Positions 32,307-40,805 of a stretch of 64,000 nucleotides of DNA are shown here, one piece after another. The DNA is from a virus. The translations under genes were made by a program, and so were the position numbers. The notes under the pieces are model-generated. The model did no database searches, was not told where the DNA came from, and saw only the letters and a list, made by a program, of their open reading frames with translations. The DNA lies in the IMG/VR virus record IMGVR_UViG_3300033141_004852, positions 28,604 through 92,603 of that record. One strand, written 5' to 3'. Numbering within the stretch: the first letter of the stretch is position 1; every line of letters starts with the position of its first letter.

Positions 32307-34634
32307 GCGCGAGGTAACAAACAGGAGGTAGCACAGAATGTATACCGCCGAAGACTTGAGTATCATCGCCGTTGGCTTCCGCCCCGAAGACCGGGACTTC
32401 ACGGTTGACGACTCCCGGTACTGGGTATGCACCACCATGCTCACGACCGAGCAAGAGCACCGCTACGGACTTCCCCTGTACCCACAGACCCCCACTTGGT
32501 GGCCGCTCGACTACGGTAGCGCCACCCCCACACCAGAGGAGAGGGCGGCAAAGCACTTGGGGGACGTGATCCTCAACAACCTCTCCACAGTCCTGCTTGT
32601 CCATGATCGGGAACAAGACGCGTACGGTATCTGCTACCGCGAAGAGAGGACGGCTCCAGAAGAGGTGATCGCCGCCTATCTGATCTGCGGACTCCTGCCA
32701 CCAGTCTCCCTCGTGGAGCACTTCAGTACCCGCCTCGACCCCCGCGGGAACCTCCCGACCTCCACTTATCAAGCGGTACTGGAGGCGTGTCACCTCACCA
32801 CGCGGGAGGCACGGCGAGGCGATACCGCGCAGAAGGTCGCCAACCTCTGGACCGGGTGGGTTCCGCCCTCGGAGATTGGCGGGGCTATAGAGCGGTGGAC
32901 AGAAACACTCCCCGTCGGCCCGCTCCAGGAACGGTTGGGGTTCTGGATTGATCTGAAAGACAGTCCCGACACAGACGAAGAGACGGGGGAGCCGCTCCTA
33001 CGACTGGCCGTCTGCACCGAAGCCGGGAACGTCCTCACCAGCACGGGGACGGGCGTCCCCGCCACCGCGACACCGGAAGAGCGCGCACAGGCGCTCGCCA
33101 ACGCCGCCGCAGCCGTCCACCGCGCCTTCGAGAAGGCTGCCGAGAAGATTGTCGCCCGCCTCTCCGGGAACGACTTCCGAGAGGGAGTGCCCGATGCCTA
33201 GACCGCACCAGGGAGCACGGTATACTTGGCCGAAGAAAGATGAGGAGTACCGCCTCTACCGACTACACCTGCGCGAAGACGGCGAATCCTGGACTGAGTA
33301 CATGCTCGTGTTGCAAGGGGATGATCACAAGGATACCAGAGGCCGCCCGGATGCCCTGGTTTGTGGTGTCCGCGGTGACCCCAACAGCCTCTACTTCGGC
33401 TCCGTAGACGTACAACACATACTAGGTTCATGCTCGCACAAGCGGGTAACATGGGATGAACTTCCCCCCGAATGGCAGGACGCCTATCTACGCTGGGGGG
33501 TAGACGCTTCAGCACGGGGCCTCCACCTCACCACGGAGCCGGATACTCCCGTCCACAAGGTCGCTGATCTGCTTTGGAGAATCCGACGCCTGGCGGTGGA
33601 CTGCGACCCCGCGGAAGAAGACCCACTGGCGGTGATCAATAACTTAGCGAAGGAAGCCCTCGCTACGCTACAGTCTGTCTCTACCTCCTAGCGACCCCCC
33701 GGTCGCGCCCGGTCTCTGGGCCGGGCCGTGCTCACCCCCACAGCGGGTACGGCCGGGCCTGGAGAAACCCAGGTAACACATACAGGAGGTAGCGAAGATG
33801 ACGTGTAGTATCTGCGAACGTACAGCGCCACTCACTCCATGCAAACTCTGCGACAGGATGATCTGCCACCAATGCTCCGTTCGCGTTGGGGAGCACACCT
33901 ACTGCGGACCCTGCCTTGTGCGGGAGCAACCGCCGTTCAATCCCCAGCGCGGACACGTCCCCCAAGTGGACCAGCGAGTAGTGGTAACGGACCCACCCGC
34001 TGATCTTCGACACCGCGCCCAGCAGGTCGGCGCCGTCCAGGCGATCACGTGGGAGTGGGAACCGGACGAGAATCTCGAAAACAAAGGGTACTGGGATGCC
34101 ATAACGGGGGTAGTTTTCCGCGATGGTAAGGTCGAAACAATCCCCTGCCGCTCCCTCACCCCGATCCACCAAGCACTTCGGGTAGTCCGCCGACTCGTCT
34201 GCCCGAAGGAGGCAACACACTTGCCGGATACGTACAATGACGACGTGTATATCGTCAATCCGCCGATCGGGGCAGGCAAGGACGGCGACTTGATCTACCA
34301 CGAGGTTGGCGTCTTACTGCAGGCAGACGGGACCTGCACGAATCGCTGGGCGGACGGCACCGTCGGCGTCCCCTCCAAACTGGCGGAATTGGTGGAGGAA
34401 CTCGCCGCCGATATTGACGGCGCAAACTGCGCCCACTGCGGGGAGATCGCCGAATGGCGCGACGTGGATGTGCCACTATGAAACAGGGAGCCTGCACGAT
34501 CTGCCACTCTTTCCCCGTTCCTACCCGCACCTGCCCCGGCTGCGGCAGGATAGTGGGGCAGGAATGCTTCGCCGACGCGGAGCGATGCCGACTCTGTGAC
34601 GAATGCTCAGAGCACCAAGAGGAGGTAACAAACA

Positions 34635-35819
34635 ATGGCGAAACCCGCCCTGGACTGCACCGTAACCTACGCTGATCTGAACAACGGCGCCGCCGTATCG
34701 CGCGTGATCGGTCGCGGTCGCTACGCCCTGCCGATCTGTGAAAATGTGGCGATCCGAACAGAAGGGCAGAAAATCCGGTGTTGGGCGTACCCCGCCGGAC
34801 CCGCTGCTGCTTGGGACTTCAACGCGCGGGTAGCAGTCAGTGGGGGAATCACCGTCCCCGCCCGGACCCTCAAACGCGTGCTCAAAGCACTGAAAACGAA
34901 GGCGCGGGAACCCCTGCGGCTCCAAGCACCGGACCCCTCTCACTTGACTATCACCGCGGGTAACACCCAAGTCAGCCTCCAGGGGCTCCCGATAGAAGAA
35001 TACCCGCCCCTCCCCCACATCAAAGACCCCTCCACCTACCAAGTCACGGTGGGGATTCTCCGTGAGGCATCCACCCGCCTACTCCCCCTCGCCAAAGCGG
35101 CGGTGGAGGAGAAGTGGCAGGGGATTCACGTCATCCCCACCGACACAGACGCCGTGGGCTTCTGGGCCACAGACAGATTCCGAGTAACGCACATACCACT
35201 CACCCCCACCGCGCAGACGGGGATGCAGCATATTCTAATCCCTACCGAGGCCCTAGAACACTTCCTCGCCCTCAGCCGCCGACTCGACGGCGAGGAACCC
35301 GCATACATCCACGCAGGACAGAGTGCAGAGAGAGACGATCCCGCACCGCGGGTAACACTCACCTGTGGCCCCCTAACTGTTACTGCAGGCTCCTTCACCC
35401 CCAAAGATCCCGGCTTCGCAGCCTGGACGGGGAAGCAGGTGCTGAAACCGCCATATGCCGTAGACCGAGAAGAACTCGCTGACGCTATCAGTACCCTTGC
35501 CGGAATCGCCCAGGATGTGGAGGGGAAGCGCGTCGAACTCCACTTCAACCCCCCGAACCTACGCCTAGGGACAGGAAACGGCGAAACAGGGCGCGCGGAG
35601 GTAACTATCCCCCTGAAGAACATCCCCAACGCTGAAACCAACCCCGAAACTTGTCGCCATGATATACATCATGGCTTTCTCCACGACGCCGTCGCATCCG
35701 TCGGCGGGAATATCGTCGCCATTTACCCGCCCGGAGACAAGTGGGGACCTCTTCTGATCCAATCAGTAGAGGACTCACTTCCTATGCAAGTATGGATTCA
35801 GCCGCTCAATCCAGAATAG
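34635..35819 (+). CDS. dnaN: DNA polymerase III beta sliding clamp-like protein
   Basis: 394 aa; 'ALPICENV', 'GGITVPARTL', 'EEYPPLP', 'ATDRFR', 'VDREEL' and 'QPL' follow the beta-clamp pattern. Confidence 0.75.
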   Translation: MAKPALDCTVTYADLNNGAAVSRVIGRGRYALPICENVAIRTEGQKIRCWAYPAGPAAAWDFNARVAVSGGITVPARTLKRVLKALKTKAREPLRLQAPDPSHLTITAGNTQVSLQGLPIEEYPPLPHIKDPSTYQVTVGILREASTRLLPLAKAAVEEKWQGIHVIPTDTDAVGFWATDRFRVTHIPLTPTAQTGMQHILIPTEALEHFLALSRRLDGEEPAYIHAGQSAERDDPAPRVTLTCGPLTVTAGSFTPKDPGFAAWTGKQVLKPPYAVDREELADAISTLAGIAQDVEGKRVELHFNPPNLRLGTGNGETGRAEVTIPLKNIPNAETNPETCRHDIHHGFLHDAVASVGGNIVAIYPPGDKWGPLLIQSVEDSLPMQVWIQPLNPE

Positions 35820-35830
35820 GAGGCACACCA

Positions 35831-36016
35831 ATGCTGGTCACGGAAGTCATGGTCTGTGCTATCTGCGGAGCACAAACAGACGGGCAGGGACCAACCTGCC
35901 CACACTGTAACCGCAACGTCTGCCCTAACTGCTTCGCTATCCCACCGGGCACCGAAGACGAAGATGATCCCGGCGTTTGCCGCGACTGCTTCCGCGGCTC
36001 CACGCAGAATAAGTAA
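35831..36016 (+). CDS. Small Cys-rich zinc-finger protein
   Basis: CAIC, CPHC, CPNC and CRDC motifs. Confidence 0.55.
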   Translation: MLVTEVMVCAICGAQTDGQGPTCPHCNRNVCPNCFAIPPGTEDEDDPGVCRDCFRGSTQNK

Positions 36017-36177
36017 CAAAACACACCACAAGATGTATATAAAGAGTGAGAGTCCGGGTTACCAAGGTGCTACCTCCAATGGATCATCCCGGACAAGTGA
36101 GGCCGGCTCTCGGTTTTCACCACGAGGCCCTTCGATCATAACCGGAGCCGGCCCCTCTCACTAGAGAGGGTAAGCCC

Positions 36178-36705
36178 ATGAAGACAGAGATACGCCGCAT
36201 TCACAGTAGTCACATCGCTGACTACGCCGCCTTCCTGGCGATCTGCCTACGCGACAGGGTATTCGTAGGCAGAACCTGCCTCCGCACTCTCCTGCCAATG
36301 CAAGTGCAGACACTCCTGAGTCACCTCTTCTCCGCAGACGCCCAATACTACCTCGTCTTGACCGGACGGGCACGCGGGCGCTACCCTACAGCATTCCTCA
36401 TCCTAGACCCCCAGCCGTGGGATACCGTGCAAATCTACTACTTCTCCCACCCGCGGCGGCGCCGCCAAACATTCTGGAGCGACCTCTGGCCACAGGTAAC
36501 AGCGGCCGCCGTCGAAATGGGCGCCTTCCGCCTGGAGATCGAAGTCAGTAGTGCCCACGAGAGTTTCCTGGAGGCGCTGAAAGCACGCCAATCGGAGACG
36601 GGCCTCCGCCTGGAGGGAATCCGACGCCTTGCCGTCCTCGATGCAGACGGTAACCGTCGCGACCTCTACCTCTTCGGGAAAGTCCTCGGAGATCACGGAG
36701 GGTAA
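36178..36705 (+). CDS. GNAT (RimJ/RimL-like) acetyltransferase-fold protein
   Basis: C-terminal 'GLRLEGIRR...DGNRRDLYLFG'. Confidence 0.55.
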   Translation: MKTEIRRIHSSHIADYAAFLAICLRDRVFVGRTCLRTLLPMQVQTLLSHLFSADAQYYLVLTGRARGRYPTAFLILDPQPWDTVQIYYFSHPRRRRQTFWSDLWPQVTAAAVEMGAFRLEIEVSSAHESFLEALKARQSETGLRLEGIRRLAVLDADGNRRDLYLFGKVLGDHGG

Positions 36706-36709
36706 CAAC

Positions 36710-37741
36710 ATGTACCCCGAACTCGACCAACTCCTCCTACCGGAGTTTCAAGCGTACATCCGCGCACTCAAAGGGCACCGGAGCCCACAAACTGTGCGGA
36801 TATACCGGAGCCGCCTGCGGTGGCTCTCCCGCAAACTACAGGAGCGGGGGCTGAAGCCGTTGGAGGTAACGGAGGCAGACCTCACGAGACTCCGGGAGGA
36901 TACCTTCGACGAGATCACCCCCTCCATGTGGAATCAAACACTCCACGCGGTAACGCGCTTCTATGAAGAGGCCGTCCGCCGGGGGGAGATCGCCCAATCT
37001 CCACTCATTCCCCGCCTATTCCGGCAAGAAACCCCCAAACCACCCAGGGAGCCTCTGACACAGGAGGTCCTCGATGGGATACTCGCCGCCGCGCGGAAGG
37101 AGGGGATGCCCTGGCCTCTGGTGATCCAGGTCATGGCATTCGCCGGCCTCCGCCGCGACGAAGTATGCCGCCTGCGGCGCCAGCACCTTCTCATCAGTCA
37201 ATATCGGGAAGACCACGAGGACCCAAGCACCGCCTATAGTCTGTGGGTGCTCGGTAAGGGTAACAAAGGCCGCTCGGTGGCAATCCACCGCAGTCTCTAC
37301 GAGGCTATAGAGGCATATCTAGCATGGCGGACACACGAGATGGACGATCACGATGAGCACATGTTCGTCTACTATCACCCCGGCTCGTGGCGAGCAACGG
37401 GGAAACCGCGCCACCCCCGCTCGAAAGCGGAGCCGCACCCCCTGACTGGCGACCTGATCTGGAGACGCGTGCGGGAGTTTGCCCGCGACACCGCGAACCC
37501 GCGGGTAACGCCCCATGATCTCCGTGCCCACTTCGCCACGCGGGCACTCATGCGCGGTGTACCCCCTAGCCTAGTGAAATTGTGGATGGGGCATAGCCAC
37601 GAGCGCACCACGATGGGCTACTTCCGCCCCGCCGGGGATACCATCGCCGCCATTCCCGGCATCATCCTGGCGGATGTAGACCTAGAAAGGTTGGAGAGAG
37701 AATGCAGAGAACTCCTGACTCCTCGCACACACCACGAGTAG
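36710..37741 (+). CDS. Tyrosine recombinase (XerC/D-like)
   Basis: Catalytic R (GLRRDE), K (GKGNK), HxxR (HDLR), H (MGHS) and Y (TTMGY). Confidence 0.9.
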   Translation: MYPELDQLLLPEFQAYIRALKGHRSPQTVRIYRSRLRWLSRKLQERGLKPLEVTEADLTRLREDTFDEITPSMWNQTLHAVTRFYEEAVRRGEIAQSPLIPRLFRQETPKPPREPLTQEVLDGILAAARKEGMPWPLVIQVMAFAGLRRDEVCRLRRQHLLISQYREDHEDPSTAYSLWVLGKGNKGRSVAIHRSLYEAIEAYLAWRTHEMDDHDEHMFVYYHPGSWRATGKPRHPRSKAEPHPLTGDLIWRRVREFARDTANPRVTPHDLRAHFATRALMRGVPPSLVKLWMGHSHERTTMGYFRPAGDTIAAIPGIILADVDLERLERECRELLTPRTHHE

Positions 37742-38409
37742 GAATCTACGGAATCCCCTACACACGCAATCCCTATCCCGGGAAGTTTGTCGTGGTGGAG
37801 GGGCCCGACCGCGTGGGGAAGAGCACCCTTGTCACCCGCCTAGCCGCGGCCCTCGAAGAAGAAACCAGCGAACCTTGGCACACACTCGCCGCAACCGACG
37901 GAATCGGAACCGTCCCCGGTTTGCTAGAACTGCGAGAGTTCCTGCTCCACAGTGGAGAGTGTCTCCGGCAACCCGTCCTCTTCGAGTACGTCACATCTGC
38001 TGCCTGTTGCCTAACACAAACAGAATTACTACTCCCAAAATTGGCTATGGGGATCAACGTCCTCATGGATCGGTGGTTTCCCTCCGCCTTCGTCTACGGT
38101 CAGCAGCAGGGGCTAGACCTGAGTTTCCTGATCGCCCTCAAGCAGCCCCTGCTTGTCCCCGACACCCTCCTCATCATCAGCCGCGACCGCTGCCTACCCC
38201 GACGAGGTAACAAGCAAGACGCGTGGGATGCCAACGAGCAACAGCACGCGATCCGGCGCCTCTATGAGTGGCTCCTGGGATGGTGGAGGGAGAACGTCCC
38301 CACCTGCCCGGCGGGGATGCTGAAACTCAGCGTGAAAGACAACCGAGAAGTCTCCTACCACCGCGCCCGCCGCCGTCTTTACGATCTCTGGGGAGGGAAA
38401 CCACGGTGA
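37702..38409 (+). CDS. tmk: Thymidylate/dNMP kinase
   Basis: 'VVEGPDRVGKST', 'MDRWFPS' and 'PD'. Confidence 0.85.
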   Translation: MQRTPDSSHTPRVGIYGIPYTRNPYPGKFVVVEGPDRVGKSTLVTRLAAALEEETSEPWHTLAATDGIGTVPGLLELREFLLHSGECLRQPVLFEYVTSAACCLTQTELLLPKLAMGINVLMDRWFPSAFVYGQQQGLDLSFLIALKQPLLVPDTLLIISRDRCLPRRGNKQDAWDANEQQHAIRRLYEWLLGWWRENVPTCPAGMLKLSVKDNREVSYHRARRRLYDLWGGKPR

Positions 38410-39995
38410 ATACCGTGCGAATCATCGCCGGGCCCGTGCGCGGCGCCATTCAAGGGTATCAGCACCTCCCTCCCGACGTGAAAGCAGCACTCTCCGCCCG
38501 GACACAATTCGAGATCGAGGGAGCCTGGTACGTCCACGCGGCGAAGGCGGCGAAAGCCGCCGCTGAGGGCCAAGACCCCGACACCGTATGGGATGGGCGA
38601 ATAAGACTCCTGACCAACAGTGGAACCTACCCTGCAGGACTGACGGCAATCCTCGTAGAGGAACTCCAACGCCTGGGTTACTACGTGGAGGTCGTTCAAC
38701 CTCGAACTGCACCACCCCCAACGGTAACAGGGGGGCAGCCGCAGATGACCCTCTACCCGATCCAGGAAGCGGCAGTAATCGCCCTACTCCAGGAGCGAGT
38801 TCCCCCGCGGGGTATTCTCCACGCAGCCCCCCGCTCGGGGAAGACCCTCATGGCGGCGGAGATCGCCCGACGCCTAGGGCAGGAGCGCACCCTCTTCCTC
38901 TGCGAACGCTTGGATATAGCCCGCCAGGCCGTGGAGAAGTTTCGCGCCTACCTCCCCGAACACTGGACCATCGGCCACGCCTACGATGGCGAGTTTGAGC
39001 CGGGTAACATCGTCATCGCGACGGTGCAGACACTCTGCCACGTCCTCGGGATCGTCTCGTCCTCTAAACGCAAGAAGGGGGATGTAATAGAACAACCCCT
39101 CCCCGACTCCCAGCGAGCAGTAATGGCGGACTTCGCCCACAAGGCGACGGTTATTCTCGTCGACGAATGTCACCACGCCGCCGCTGAGAGTTACCGCGCG
39201 GTACTCAAGCGCTGCACCAACGCATACTGGGTCTACGGGTTGTCGGGGAGTCCCTGGCGAGATGACGGAGCCGATCTGTGGATGATCGGCGCCATCGGGC
39301 CGATCCTCTACACAATCGGCCGCAAGCAGATGATCGACGCGGGGCTCCTCGTCCCCTGCCACATCTACCTCGTGACCTTGCCGAAAAAGCGGTTCCCTAG
39401 TAAGTGGAACTACGCTCAGAGGAGGGCGGAGTACGTCATCCGCAACCCCGTCCGAAACGCCGCCATCGCCGAGTGGACAAAGTACCACGTCGAAGCCGGG
39501 CACTCGGTGATGATCCTCGTCGACTACATCACACACGCGCGCGTGCTCCACAACGCCCTCGACCAATATGGGGTGCCACACGCGGTGATGACCGCCTCCT
39601 GCCAATTCGCGAAGGAGGGCGACCAACGCCCCCAAGTGTGGCAGGACCTCCAGGACAAGAAGGTGCCGTGCCTTATCACCACCCTCGCCAACGAGGGTAT
39701 AGATGTCCCCAGCCTCGACTGTGTGGTAATCGCCGGGGGTGGAGAGAGTACGGTGCAGGCGGTACAACGCCTGCGTTGTATGACCGCCTACCCGGGGAAG
39801 CAGTGTGGGTACGTGTTGGACTTCAACGATCAGGCACGCTACTTCTCCACGCACGCGCTGGAGCGCCTACGCACCTACCAATCGGAAGATCCGGGGGTTT
39901 TCGAGATCCACCACGTTACCTCGTTCGCCGACCTTACGGAGGACGAGGCCGAAAGGAGACTAGCCGATGCTACGAGCGCATCTGACGATCAGTGA
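38406..39995 (+). CDS. Superfamily 2 helicase (UvsW/Rad25-like)
   Basis: 'APRSGKT', 'DECHH', 'GLSGSP' and 'EGIDVP'; GTG start overlaps the tmk stop. Confidence 0.9.
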   Translation: MNTVRIIAGPVRGAIQGYQHLPPDVKAALSARTQFEIEGAWYVHAAKAAKAAAEGQDPDTVWDGRIRLLTNSGTYPAGLTAILVEELQRLGYYVEVVQPRTAPPPTVTGGQPQMTLYPIQEAAVIALLQERVPPRGILHAAPRSGKTLMAAEIARRLGQERTLFLCERLDIARQAVEKFRAYLPEHWTIGHAYDGEFEPGNIVIATVQTLCHVLGIVSSSKRKKGDVIEQPLPDSQRAVMADFAHKATVILVDECHHAAAESYRAVLKRCTNAYWVYGLSGSPWRDDGADLWMIGAIGPILYTIGRKQMIDAGLLVPCHIYLVTLPKKRFPSKWNYAQRRAEYVIRNPVRNAAIAEWTKYHVEAGHSVMILVDYITHARVLHNALDQYGVPHAVMTASCQFAKEGDQRPQVWQDLQDKKVPCLITTLANEGIDVPSLDCVVIAGGGESTVQAVQRLRCMTAYPGKQCGYVLDFNDQARYFSTHALERLRTYQSEDPGVFEIHHVTSFADLTEDEAERRLADATSASDDQ

Positions 39996-40805
39996 ATGTG
40001 AAGAAGTGTGGGCCCCCATCCCCCAGAGGAGCACGCGCGCCGACGCGCTAGCCAACCCCACCACCTGGATACCCGCCGATGAAGGGGAGCATCAAGGTCT
40101 GAAACGAGAACACTGCTACATCGCCTACCGCGTGGTTGTGCGCGTGATTGTGGGGACCACCGTCTACGAGTGGGAATACGTCGTCTCCGATCTCCACGAA
40201 CTCGCCCGACTCCTCGGGCGTCTCGACCACCCAGCACACCGCACATACCAACGCCGGGCTCATACCGGACCGCCCCAGGCAACGAGCGCCAGCACACTCC
40301 CACCTCCTATCCCAGGACCCACCACACCCCAGCGGAAGGAGCCCGTCTAATGCCCGTCCACCCAACACGACGCCGACCACGAAGCCGCCACCTCGGAGGC
40401 TTTTGGCGCCAAGCATACTCCTGGCGGTGGGATGCCCCACACCCCGTACCGAAGAAGGAACAGCGGTGGTATATCACCGCCCACGCGGCACTGAAAGTCC
40501 TCCGCGAGCAAGAGGGTATAGACACCACCTGGCTGAGGAACTTCATCACCTGGTACTTCACCTGGTGGACGTTCCACGGCAAGGTAGATGCCGCCTCCAT
40601 GCGCCTCTACAGCGAACACCCGCGGACACTCCTCGCCCGCAGCCAGGACGGCACCTACTTCATCCTCGAAGCCTACAAGGCGTGGACTCAGCAGTACGCG
40701 CACATGCTCGCGCAGGCGTCGATCCCCGAGATCGCCCAGCAGTACCGGACGGTTCCGCACACGACTCACCACCCCGGACCGTGGGAGACAGAAGATGTTG
40801 ACTGA
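39967..40805 (+). other. Two hypothetical ORFs (39967-40350, 40350-40805)
   Basis: Translationally coupled ORFs in the replication operon; the second could be the initiator. Confidence 0.45.

Larger units (their letters stand above)
23092..34675 (+). other. Early/host-takeover-like array of ~28 small hypothetical genes
   Basis: ORFs such as 23092-23316, 23361-23519, 23698-24105, 24340-24900, 25209-25421, 25474-25680, 25770-26303, 26727-27056, 27085-27483, 27540-27788, 27785-28054, 28253-28675, 28916-29206, 29526-30218, 30266-30748, 31891-32100, 32338-33201, 33194-33691 and 33798-34481; most follow an (A)GGAGGT(AG) RBS. Confidence 0.7.

Noticed and set aside
23020-32310. CRISPR array
   Set aside because: The repeats are promoter/RBS motifs spaced kilobases apart, with no regular repeat-spacer period and no cas genes.
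23000-37741. Integron-like cassette array (small genes, TAAC at stop codons, hairpins, tyrosine recombinase)
   Set aside because: The hairpins lack the matching GTTRRRY R' box of attC sites, GTAAC also occurs inside genes, and the recombinase lacks a recognisable IntI insertion motif.
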